Positions 37,441 to 48,579 of a stretch of 64,000 bases of DNA are shown here, piece after piece. Source of the DNA: Podarcis liolepis (Eukaryota); assembly GCA_965112155.1 (NCBI GenBank), contig OZ218098.1. One strand, given 5' to 3'. Positions within the stretch are counted from its first letter, which is position 1, and every line of letters begins with the position of its first letter. The translations under genes and the position numbers were made by a program. Below the pieces are notes generated by a model. It worked only from the letters and a program-made list of their open reading frames with translations, had not been told where the DNA came from and searched no databases.

Positions 37441-37484
<44 letters not shown>
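37441..37484. repeat. (AT)n microsatellite
   Basis: Direct reading. Confidence 0.95.
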
Positions 37485-37487
<3 letters not shown>

Positions 37488-37631
37488 TGCTGATGAACGG
37501 TATGAAACTGAGCCAGTTTTCTGAAAGGGCTAAACCAGCATTAGATGGGAAAGGATGGATCCATCTGTCCCTGCTGTGAAAATGCCTTGCAGTAGCTCAG
37601 CATCTGACATGCCTCTTCATTTCTGCCAGTA

Positions 37632-37845
37632 CAGTGGACGCTCGGGTTGCGAATGTCATCCGTGCGGGAGGCATGTTCGCAACCCGCAGTGCTGTGTCTG
37701 CGCACGTGCAGGTTGTGATTTGGCGCTTCTGCGCAAGCGTGACCACCGAAACTTGGAAGTAACCCATTCCAGCACTTCCGGGTTTCGGCGCGCCCGTAAG
37801 CCGAAAAAACGCAACTTGAAGCGCCTGTAACCCGAGATATGACTG
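37632..37845. mobile_element. CpG-rich Tc1/mariner-pogo-type MITE, family C
   Basis: TA-CAGTGGACGCTCGGGTT...AACCCGAGATATGACTG-TA imperfect TIRs related to family A ends. Confidence 0.75.
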
Positions 37846-38574
37846 TACCTGTCTTGAGGCAAACAAAGCACACCCCTCTACTCATGTAGCATGACGAAGC
37901 CAAGGCTCACTCAAGCCAGCCATTCAGCAGCATAGTTCAAACACGCTTTCCACTAATCGGCAAGGTCCTCCTGCAGTGATCACACAGCATATTTCATGCA
38001 AGGTGGTGGTGTTTTTTTTTTAAAAAAAGAAAAGTAATGGAAAGTAATGGAGCCTGTGAGTTTCTACTCTTTCTTTGCAGCAAGTCAATGCCCACTTCGT
38101 TGCTAAGTAGCTGTAGTTACTCATCTGAACCTATACTGCTCCTCTTTCTAATGTCAATGGTGTTGTTCTTAATTTCTGTCCTGGCATCCAAAAGCTGTAA
38201 AAGTGTTAAGTACCGGTACATCAGTGTTGTGTATCCTGTCATGACTCGGCACCTTTGGGCTTTGTCCCAGGAAGACAAAGGGGGCTGGAACAGTTGGAAA
38301 CCGTTCTCCTCCCTCCATCCCTTCTGTTTCCAGTGTGGAGACATGACTTCCAGCTCTCTCTCTTTCTGAGAGAGAGTTGCTGGAATATTGGGAGGGCTGT
38401 GGGCAGCAGTCTAGGATGGCGGATCAAAGGCTTATCCACACTTAGCTTTCTCCTCCGCTCTTTCCAGGCACATTGTGATTTAATGCCCTGTGTTCAAGGC
38501 CTCTCGGTCTCTCTCTTTTGCCCCGGAGCTTTCCCTGTGAAAACCTGCTCTTTACAGTTGAAGCACAACAAACA

Positions 38575-39186
38575 GCAATTCGGGTTAAATGCAGGGCTGC
38601 CTCTGAAGATGGTTTGGAAGCTTCAGCACTAACAGAAGTTAGTGGCCAGGTTGCTCACAGGGGCAAGATGGTCTGAGCATATCACACCGATCCTGGCACA
38701 TCTGCACTGGCTGCCGATTAGTTTCTGGGTCCAATTCAAAGTGCTCGTTTTGACCCATAAAGCCTTAAACAGCTCAGGACTGCAATACCTCAAGGACTGC
38801 CTCTCCTCATATGAACCGATTCGGACCCTGCACTCATCATCTGAGGCCCTTTATTATGTGCCTCCCCTGTGAGAGGTCCAGAGGGTGGCAACATGGGAAC
38901 GGGCCTTTTCTGTGGTGGCTCCCTCTTTGTGGAATGCTCTCCCCAAGGAGGTTTGCCTGGCCCCTTCATTGCATATCTTTAGGTGCCAGTGAAAATGCTT
39001 CTCTTCAACCAGGCCTTTGGCGAATTAACATTCTGTGGCCTTTTAAATGTGTCTGTGGGAGGGGGAATTATTGGTTTGTTTCTGCTTTATTTGTTTTTTG
39101 TGTTTTCAGTTTGTATTTATGTTGCGAACCGCTGTGTGGTCTTTGGATGAAGGGCAGTATACAAATTTAATAAATCAATAAATAAT
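38575..39186 (+). mobile_element. L2-clade LINE 3' fragment
   Basis: ARLLTG...HITPILAHLHWLPISFWVQFKVLVL motif, followed by AFSVVAPSLWNALP and an AATAAAT-rich tail. Confidence 0.85.
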
Positions 39187-40391
39187 GCCAACTTGTTGAA
39201 TGGAGATGCCTGGCATGGTTATTTTGCATGCAATTGTTTTTGGCACATTCAGATCATTGCACACCTAGAACTCTACTGAGAGGTGGAGGAAAAGTCTGGC
39301 TGTTACCAGGTTACCTGGCAAGAAATAGGATCTCTACCTTCAGAGCTTGTATCCAGTAAAGTAGCAGAAGACAATTGTCACCACCCTGACTTCCTTTGAA
39401 CTTCCCAGGGGAATCTGGGTGGCCACTGTTGAAGTGCTTGATAAGATGGACCTGATCCAACAAACACAATTATATTCTAAAGTGCTCTCCTAAGACAACG
39501 TGAGACATTCTAGCCTGCAGAGATTTTTAGTGTAATATATTGAGCCTTAGAATTATCGACTCAGCTCAAAGGACGTATAAAAGTAAAAGAAATAATAGAG
39601 GAGGATGACTGGCAATTAATTCAGTCTATAGAGAAAAAGCCTTTTCCCCTTTTGTTTCTTGCTATCATAATAGCGCTGTGTGGGCTTGTGTGGGCTTGTA
39701 CCGTTGAGCATGAGAGCTCAGGGAAGGGGGAGAAAATTCCAACATCATTTTTGCTCCGAGCACCAGCAGAGATTTTCTTTGAGAAGGATCCAGGGGTCAT
39801 GAAAATTAAACAGTGTAGGCAGGCTCGTCAGTAGGATTCCTCCCCCTCTCCTAATGGTAATTAATTAAACAAAAAAAAACCAGCCTTTTGAAACTAGTCC
39901 ATCAGCTATACAAGCCACATTTCCTTACACATTTTAACCTATGATTGCATTTAAGTGAAATGTGTGATTAGTAGAACTGTGAGATCTTGGCAGGAAAACA
40001 CGTGTCTTTCCCCCCATCCCTCTGCACCCCCAAATATATTTACTATTAGCTTGACCTTCTGGACGGGATTAAAGAGCTGTACAGTATGTTTTAGCTTGTG
40101 GAATGAGAAAGGGGCACGAGGAAGAAGAAAGCCCAGGACAGAAACAGGGTATAGCACTTGAAAGTGCTGTGATAGGAGTTTCATAGGCTTTTGCAGGGGG
40201 TGGAGTGGAAACACTCTGCTTAGCAATGGAGCAATCCGTGCAGAAAACTTATATATTCCCCGATTCATGTTCCTATGGCAGCAGTCTTATTTGTGGAACA
40301 AAATGCTGCAGCCCTGGACTGAGACACTAGTCGTTTTCTTCCACCAAGACCCTTATCCTGTTCTTTAAGGTAGCTGGAGGATATGGTGCCA

Positions 40392-40452
<61 letters not shown>
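40392..40452. repeat. Compound (TG)n(AG)n microsatellite
   Basis: Direct reading. Confidence 0.95.
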
Positions 40453-40960
40453 ATCAGTGTGGAGTGCTCCTTATCTTAGTGAAATGTTTGTATAGTAATT
40501 GCTAGGCTTGCCAAATTGCTTCTCTGGCCTTCCTGACTGCAAAACAATGCTTTTGTACATTAATTGTTCAGGGAACCTTGGAGTTGATCAGTTGGGGAGG
40601 GGAAAAGGGCTCTGGGAATCTTTTATAATAATAAAAAAATACTATTATCATCCCAGTTTCAGTTCGGGAGAGCAGGGTATTTTGTCTTTCCGTGCATATT
40701 TCTGCGTGTGGTGGTATTAAAGGTCATTTTCTTCTGTTGATATGGCAGCTGTTCACTTTCCCCTTCGGCCAACAGAAGTATGTCCAAAGATGTCACAACT
40801 AAAACAGAAAGGTGTTAGCAAGGTGACACTGCGTGGCAGCGTTTTCTGGCCTTGTTAAAATGCTAGCGCACGGAGGGGAGGTAGAAAAGGAATGTATTTA
40901 TTTGAAATGTTATATCCCACTCTGAAGTATGAATGCTTTTTAGGTTGGCTAACAATAATA

Positions 40961-41836
40961 CAGAGGTGCCTCGCAAGACGAAATTAATTCGTTCCGCAAG
41001 TTTTTTCTTCTTGTGAGTTTTTCGTCTTGCGATGCACGGTTTCCCATAGGAATGCATTGAAAATCAATTAATGCGTTCCTAGGGAAACCAACTTCAGACC
41101 AGGTCCGGGGACAGTCTGTCCCCCGACCTCTTCTGAAGGCTGGGGGGGGGGGACCAAGGGCTTTTCTTCCCACCCCCAGCATTTTAAAAAAACCCGGGAC
41201 AGCGGAGGGCTTCTCCGCTGTCCGGGGCGATCTTAAAATGCTGGCGGGCGGCATTTTAAAATCGCCCCGGGACAGCAGAGGACTTCTCCGCTGTCGGGGC
41301 GATTTAAAAGCCCCTGGGAAGGCAGGCAGGGGGGACAAAGACTTTTGCCCCCCGCCAGCCTTCAGAAGAGGTCCTGGACCTCTTCTGAAGGCTGGCGGGG
41401 GCGAAAGTCTTTGCTCCCCCCGCCTGCCTTCAAAAGCTGTCCGGCCCAGGCTTCGCCAGCATGCCGAAGCCTGCGCACGCTGACATCAGCGCGCCCAGGC
41501 TTCGCGGATCTCTCCTGCCTTCAAAAGCCGTCCGGGATAGCGGGAAGCGCTTCCCTGCTATCCCGGACTGCTTTTAAAATGCTGGTGCTGGGGAGCAAAT
41601 CCTTTCGGCCCCCGCCAGCCTTCCTGGACCTCTTCTGAAGGCCGGAGGGGGGGGGAAAGGCTTTGCTCCCCACCGCTAGCATTTAAAAGAGGTCCCCGGA
41701 GATTTCCCTATGGGCTTTCGTCTTGCGAAGCAAGCCCATAGGGAAATTCGTTTTGCGAAGCGCCTCCAAAACGGAAAACCCTTTCGTCTAGCGGGTTTTC
41801 CGTCTTGCGAGGCGTTCGTCTTGCGGGGTACCACTG
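40961..41836. mobile_element. 876-bp non-autonomous pogo/Tigger-type element with a repetitive GC-rich core, family D
   Basis: 22-bp TIRs CAGAGGTGCCTCGCAAGACGAA / TTCGTCTTGCGGGGTACCACTG with TA TSD; inserted in the (TAA)n tail of the adjacent L2; no transposase-like ORF. Confidence 0.88.
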
Positions 41837-42285
41837 TAATAATTTATTATTTATACCCCACCCATCTGGCTGGGTTTCCCCAGCCACTCTGGGGCGGCTT
41901 CCAACAGAATATTAAAATACAATAGTCTATTAAACATTAAAAGCTTGGTGCCATGTTTTAAAAACATTAAAACAGGGCTGCCTTCAGATGTCTTCTAAAA
42001 ATCTGGTAGTTGTTTTTCTCTTTGACATCTGGTGGGAGGACATTCCACAAGGTGGGTGCCACTACCAAGAAGGCCCTCTGCCTGGTTCCCTGTAACTTGG
42101 CTTCTCGCAGCGAGGGAACCACCAGAAGGCCCTTGGCGCTGGACCTCAGTGTCCAGGCAGAACGATGGGGGTGGAGACGCTCCTTCGGGTATACTGGACC
42201 AAGGCTGTTTTGGGCTTTAAAGGTCAGCACCAACACTTTGAATTTTGCTCGGAAACGTACTGGGAGCCAGTGTAGGTCTTTCAAG
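41837..42285 (-). mobile_element. L2-clade LINE 3' fragment
   Basis: ORF 41967..42299 LKDLHWLPVRFRAKFKVLVL...RAFLVVAPTLWNVLP. Confidence 0.85.
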
Positions 42286-42393
42286 GGTGGGGCACCCAAT
42301 AAAACTGATCAAAACTGAGCTAAAAATGGCAAGAGTCAGTAAAAGACGAGCGGATTAAAACCACATTCAGTTGGCATCTGAAAAGAACTGGGG

Positions 42394-42444
42394 GAAGAAG
42401 AAGAAGAAGAAGAAGAAGAAGAAGAAGAAGAAGAAGAAGAAGAA
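42394..42444. repeat. (GAA)n microsatellite
   Basis: Direct reading. Confidence 0.95.
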
Positions 42445-42700
42445 ATTTGCTTGGTGCCAACAGGACTGTAGTGTATATGTCACGTGAGCCTCACTGAAGA
42501 GAACATTTAATAAGCGAGGTGCCACAGCCGAAATGGTACTCTCAGTTGCTGCAACCCACCTCAAGGCTACCAGAGAGGGGCTTCTAACACTGGTTATGTG
42601 GCAGTGGGCAGTCATGCAGTCCCTAGGGTGTCCAGGTCTTTAAAGAGCTTTAAAGGTGAGCACCACCTATACTTTGGAACTGGCAGCCAATGAAAGTGTT
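42445..42700 (-). mobile_element. Older L2-like fragment next to a (GAA)n tract
   Basis: Degenerate VAPRLLNVL; CTTTAAAGGTGAGCACCA matches the neighbouring L2. Confidence 0.5.
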
Positions 42701-43247
42701 TCACAGCCATCTTAGGTTGAACCATCAACTGACAGTAACTCCATGTTGTTTGGATTGGGTCATCCGCCCCAGACCTCTCTTTACTTAAGAATAATGTTTA
42801 GTTATCAAGAAGCTCAAATAACTGATTTGTCAAAATTTTTGGCAAATTTGGGGGGGGGTGAGAGAGAGAGAGAGAGAAAGAATGCAGATATAGCTTTTTG
42901 ACTTGGTTTTTAAAATAAGCTACCCAAATCCAGGATTAGGTAGCATGCTGTTATTTTGGACCTGTGCATTTCTTTAAAAATCTGACCTTCTCACAGGGTG
43001 TTCCTCTCCTTGAGTTTGAGCACCACGAATTAGCTATTCCTGTGTTAGCCTTTGATCAACACTCTGTTCAATTAGGTGAGTCACTGAGACTGTCTTTAAT
43101 GGGAATCCACTTTCATGTCACATCAGGTTGGCCTTGGAAGTCAGTGGGGAGCCATAAGTGCAAGCAGGAGACCTTGCATCTCCGTGCACAAATGCCTGAT
43201 TATGTGGTTTGTGACGATACTCATGGTTTTTCCTTTCTTTGTTTCAG

Positions 43248-43344
43248 AAAAAAGCATGGCAGACGTTAAAAACAATTGTCAATTTGCCAGTCATCAGTCC
43301 CTTCAAGAAGCGATACTCCTGGGTGCAGCTGGCTGGCCACACAG
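43248..43344 (+). CDS. ITPKA: ITPKA coding exon (equivalent to human exon 2), 97 bp, KKAWQTLKTIVNLPVISPFKKRYSWVQLAGHT(G)
   Basis: Polypyrimidine tract + CAG acceptor (AG 43246-47) and GTGAAA donor at 43345. The peptide matches the calmodulin-binding region and start of the IP3 3-kinase catalytic domain; VNLPVISPFKKRY and QLAGHTG are A-isoform-like. Phase 0 in, phase 1 out. Confidence 0.95.
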
Positions 43345-44315
43345 GTGAAAACTCTTCTTGGCTTGACTCTGTACAAATAGGAAGCTTATAATAAAATGGT
43401 TGATAAAAATGGAAGGATTGAAAGGATTTTGAGGGAAGTATGCCCCTCCTTCTGTACCTGGACACTGCAAACCAATCAGCCCTATATGTCTAGATTATCT
43501 CTGGCAAGAGAACTGCTTTTTCTATCTGATTGTCAATATGCTATGCACTCTGGACCTTTGGGGGTGGGCAACAAGCACTTTCAAATAAGTAAATTGATGG
43601 GAAAAGGAAGCATATTAATTGACTAAGTGTGCTTGTTTGTCTAGCAGACAGATTATGAGCTGTTTGTGGTTCTGGAGCCATTCCAGTGTGACCTCTAAGC
43701 TGGTAGAAATCTTTTTAAAATAATCACATTTGATATAAAACTGTGGGTTTTCTCCAGTTGTGCTGCCCAGCAGAATGGGTTAGATAGCCGGGAGGGGGGG
43801 AGCGGTTATCCCCAGAAGTTCTTCCATGCCCCCCTGAGATCTGCTCCAGAGCCTTGGGGAACCCTCCAAAGTTGATTTAGAGGGGCACAGAGACATTGTG
43901 GGGCAGGGGGAGAAGAGACATTTTAAACAATTGTTTCCCTACCTGTTGTGCTGTGAGAAACCTTACTAGTATCTGTTCAGCAACATGGTTGGCTATAGCC
44001 GGTATCTTCTTAACTTCACTAACGCGAAGAAAAATGTATAATACACAGGGTCAGTTTTTCTGACAAGGACAGTAACCAGAAGATTGATAAGAAATGCTAG
44101 CACAGAGTTCCTAATCGATATGAACCTAGTCTGTTTTGTGATTTTAAAAAGAGTAATCATGTCTTGACTGTGCAATTTGTAGTACTTGATTTGTGTTTGC
44201 ACTTAAACAATGGCTTGCATGAAAAGATTTGTCCATGAGACTAGCCTCTCAGTTGCTTTTTCTTTGTGAAATGTCTGGAATAGATGTAAATCATTTGCAT
44301 CCTTCAGGATCTAGA

Positions 44316-44319
<4 letters not shown>

Positions 44320-44363
<44 letters not shown>

Positions 44364-44370
44364 CGCGCGC
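44320..44370. repeat. (TG)n ending in (GC)n, alternating purine-pyrimidine tract
   Basis: Direct reading. Confidence 0.95.
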
Positions 44371-45456
44371 TTGTCCATAGACCTATGTAGGAGGCTTCTA
44401 CATCTAAGTCTGTGGTCCAACCTTAGACATGAAAGTTTCTGGAGGCTAAACTCTCAAGAAGAAACAAACATTGTCAAGGCCACTGCTGTAATGTGCTGAA
44501 AGTGTACGTCACGGAGAACGGAAAGGAAAGCTTGGCAGGGTGGCCAGTAAAGAGCTGCTTAAGCAGATTATGTTTAATGTAGTGTTTGTAGAAATGGCTG
44601 GAATATCTCGGGCCAAGCTTTTTCTTTCTTTTTCTTTTTTAAAATGACTTGATGTAATTTATGCATGGTTGCTTTAGTGCTCCTATAGTAACTGACTGAG
44701 GTTAAAGGAAAACCTAAGTCAACAAAGCTATGTGCAGAGTTCTCTGGAGCAGGAGGCATTTCCTTGTATAAAAATGAATAGGATTAATTGATTACAGCTC
44801 ATTTTGCACTGATTCCAAGAGAACCCTGTGAATTCTGATGCTGGCTACAGAGAATTCTGCAGTTGCGGGAGCTAACGTGAACCAGCTTACAAGGCAGGAA
44901 GACAATGTAAGATTCAGGTTCAGCCTTGTTGGCTGCATTTTAGGGTATAAATTTGTTTCAGAAGGCAATGGATTAATAGATTTGTGGATTGATAGATATT
45001 TGAGTGAAACAAAAACAGACCCTGACATTACACTCGCCTCAACAGTTGTGGAAGCTGCTTCCTCTACCTCTTGTCGCAGCCAGCATCATTTTGTTGGCTG
45101 TGTGGCTGAGACTAGATTCCTTTGGAGCCTCAGAGTAGTGAAATTTTTGAGCTGCAGGATTCCGAGGGGGCTGGAGGAAGAGCGTGTGCATGCTTGAAGT
45201 GCACAACTTGGCTTCTAGACATGCCTTGTTGGTTAATGATCAGTGACTGATAGCTTCTCTCTTGTGTGCTAAGAGCAGGTACAGGATGAAGCTCAGTTCA
45301 GGACATAGTGGTAGCATTGCATAGATTTTATCACTGAATCTGGCTACCAAAGTAATAATGTGGTTTGCCCTGTTAACCTCCTGTGTAGTCTAGTGCATTT
45401 ATGTTTATATGATTAGTGGAGACAACTTTTTTCTGTGATTCCATCTGAATGCTGGC

Positions 45457-45483
45457 TGTGTGTGTGTGTGTGTGTGTGTGTGT
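45457..45483. repeat. (TG)n microsatellite
   Basis: Direct reading. Confidence 0.95.
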
Positions 45484-45653
45484 TTTGACAGGCACTGTTT
45501 GCGTTGGGAGTTCTTTTTACAAGGCATGTATGTTACTGTTCCAGGAAAGTATTTCAGCTGGAAGAAAGAGGTGCGGCAGTCAAACTAGGCGGAGAGACCT
45601 TTCCCTCCTACCAGACTGAAAGCTGCAAGTTATCATGATTCTGTTTACTGCAG

Positions 45654-45867
45654 GGAGTTTCAAGGCAGCTGACGGTGGAACGATCCTGAAGCGCTACTCT
45701 GAGAATGAGGAGAAGTGCTTTGAACTGCTGATGAATGACCCACTGCGCTCCTGCGTCCCTGTCTTCCATGGCGTGGTGGAGAGAGATGGCGAGTCCTACA
45801 TGCAACTAGATGACCTTCTAGCTAATTTTGAAGGGCCTTGTGTGATGGACTGCAAGATGGGAATCAG
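45654..45867 (+). CDS. ITPKA: ITPKA coding exon 3, 214 bp, GSFKAADGGTILKRYSENEEKC...PCVMDCKMGI(R)
   Basis: CAG acceptor and GTGGGA donor. Contains the start of the inositol-phosphate kinase PxxxDxKxG motif (PCVMDCKMG). Phases 1/2 join the flanking exons in frame. Confidence 0.97.
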
Positions 45868-46480
45868 GTGGGAGGCATTAAACAACAATAACTCTGCTGT
45901 CTCATTGTGGGCGGCTTGTTGATAGCTGTGATTTTGAGGGGATGGCAGTCTGATGTTGGGTTGATCCATCCCTCAACTTCATGTGGATTGTGAGCCCCTT
46001 CTGCCTTCTGATGAACGGATGGCACATCGGCCATATTTGAACGTCATGGTGAGCATTAAACAATGACTTACCACGCATGAGCAAAATCAAATTTGCTTGC
46101 GTCTGAAGGAAACAAACCATGGTTCCTGGCTTAGTGTTACATTTGAACTAGTAATAATACTTCGTTTTGCTGCTAACAAACTGTAGTCAGTAAGCGAATA
46201 ACAAACCTTGGCTACAGATTGTGGTTTGTTTGTTTTTTAAAAACCACACACATTTAGCTACACCAGTGCTGCTCCTTTACCCTTGCCATGGATTGTGGCT
46301 TGGAGTTCAAAGTCCTGATATTGATTGGTCAGAGTTTTCTTGGAAATGTGATGCTATCTTGAAGAGGGTAATTATTTCTCTATGTAACGAACACTGAGCT
46401 CCCTATACGATAAATGGAAATGGCATGGAAATATTCTTGGGCGTATCAAATAAGTGCTCAATTTGCTATTGTTTTTGCAG

Positions 46481-46685
46481 GACGTATTTGGAGGAGGAAT
46501 TGACTAAAGCGCGAGAGAAACCAAAGCTGCGTAAGGACATGTATAAGAAAATGATCGATGTAGATCCTCTGGCACCCACTGAGGAGGAGAACTCACAGCA
46601 TGCAGTGACCAAACCACGCTATATGCAGTGGAGAGAGACAATCAGCTCCAGCGCTAACTTGGGTTTCAGGATCGAAGGGATTAAG
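46481..46685 (+). CDS. ITPKA: ITPKA coding exon 4, 205 bp, [25 protein letters not shown]...LGFRIEGIK (inositol-phosphate-binding lobe)
   Basis: TTTTTGCAG acceptor and GTGGGA donor. [10 protein letters not shown] and GFRIEGIK motifs of IP3 3-kinases. Confidence 0.97.
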
Positions 46686-47536
46686 GTGGGACATCTTCCT
46701 TTCCTAAACTAGCTTTCCCTAGCCTCAGCATCCTAGACTGTATGTACACCAGAAAGTTAATGCGCACATGAGCTGCACAGATTCTTTTTTTTCCTGTGTG
46801 CATGGGTCATCCACACACAAGCACTTCATCTTGGTATTTCCCATTCACACCAATGGCTGGTGCTTGATGTAATGCACCTGAATACATACCAGTTGCTGGA
46901 AACCACAGGAGGAGAGAGTGGTTTTGTTCTCAAATCCTGCTTGTGGGTTTTCCATAGGCATCTGGTTGGCCATTGTGAGATCGGGATGATGTGTGTTCGT
47001 GTGGTACGCAAATAAAGTAACCTTTTGGAAAGAAGGCTTTGGTGTTAGTTGACAAATGTGGAGGATGCTGTCAGATTTTCTCCGTCAATGAGTGCAATGC
47101 TGGCATTGCAGAATGTGCTGTGCTTCTAGTGTACCATCTGGCAACAGACTGAAAGGATATTTTCGCTGCCCTCACAGGCCTGCTGTAGTACATCACTCCA
47201 GAGTGCTGCTGGATATCTCTGCCCACGATGTGCACTGCAGTTTCACAACTTTCTCTTGTCAAGACATATACATTTGTTGTGTTAGGCTGGCCCACACTTT
47301 TGCAGCCAAATATTACATGCACAAGGCCAAATCTGACTCAGATAGGTTTTGTATTACAACCCAGAGCAGAATTATATCAGTTTTCTAGGGCTCTTTTGCA
47401 TTGCATCCAGAAGCATGATTTAATAACATAGCTTGTTTTCATTAAGTGTCAGTATTTGTTCCTTTTATCCTGCCCACCTTGTTTATAATGTACACCATAT
47501 CCTAAAATACATGTTTGTATTAGAGTCTCAGTGATG

Positions 47537-47551
47537 CTGTATGTATGTATG

Positions 47552-47581
<30 letters not shown>
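47537..47581. repeat. (TGTA)n microsatellite
   Basis: Direct reading. Confidence 0.95.
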
Positions 47582-47582
<1 letters not shown>

Positions 47583-47821
47583 TGTATTTAACACAGTTCT
47601 ATCCTGTTTGCCACCTGAGGAGCTTATGGTTAGACTGAGAGTGACTAGCTCAGGTTACCTAATGAGCTTCATGGCTGAGTGGGGATTTGAATCTGAGTCT
47701 TTCCAGTCGTAATCTGGCACTGTGTATCAGGGATGTCAGACTTCAAGCTCAAGGGATCTACTTTATGCCTAACTAGAACCCTGAGATCCACTGACCTGAG
47801 CTAGCCATTTAGAATTAAATA

Positions 47822-48039
47822 CAGTGGTACCTCGGGTTACAGACGCTTCAGGTTACAGGCTCTGCTAACCCAGAAATATTACCTCAGGTTAAGAACTTTG
47901 CTTCAGGATGAGAACAGAAATCGTGCTCCGGCGGCAGCGGGAGGCCCCATTAGCTAAAGTGGTGCTTCAGGTTAAGAACAGTTTCAGGTTAAGAACAGAC
48001 CTCCAGAACTAATTAAGTACTTAACCCAAGGTACCACTG
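47822..48039. mobile_element. Family A MITE copy 5 (ITPKA intron 4)
   Basis: TIRs and TA TSD; family internal sequence. Confidence 0.9.
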
Positions 48040-48477
48040 TAATTCCAAGGAATTTGATTTGAATACCAGAACTGAATGGAGTCCCTTCCTTCCACAAAAA
48101 AAAATCCATTCCTGGTTATCCTAAGTTTTTCAGAGGAACAGCTTTCAGCTATATAACTTGGGTTGAAGTGGGTTCATTTTATAGCAATATACCAATACAA
48201 TTGGTAGCCGGAAATACTTGCCATTCTACTGCAAATCACCCAAAGATCTACCTTCAGCCCTCCCCTGCTCTGCACCACACTGCTGTAAATGCAGCAGCTA
48301 ATATTCAGGGTCGGGGTAACCATCCTGGTGGAGTTAGTTCAGCTGCCTCTGAGGAAAAGCCAGCCAGCTTCACCTTTTGGGGATTCCTCTCCTCCTTGTC
48401 CCCATGCTGGTGTCTTCCCTTCTTTCCTCTGCGTGCAGAAGGACGTCTTCCATCTCCCTTCTTTTTATTCCTTACAG

Positions 48478-48579
48478 AAGGCTGATGGGACTTGTAACAC
48501 CAACTTCAAGACAACAAAGACACGGGACCAAGTCTTCCAGGTTTTTGCGGAATTCATTAAGGGAGATACAACTATATTG
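48478..48579 (+). CDS. ITPKA: ITPKA coding exon 5, 102 bp, KADGTCNTNFKTTKTRDQVFQVFAEFIKGDTTIL
   Basis: Long pyrimidine tract + CAG acceptor and GTAAGC donor; phase 0/0; peptide colinear with vertebrate ITPKA. Confidence 0.95.

Noticed and set aside
42223-42245. REST/RE1 site (TCAGCACC)
   Set aside because: Only the left half matches, inside an L2; there is no GGACAG right half.
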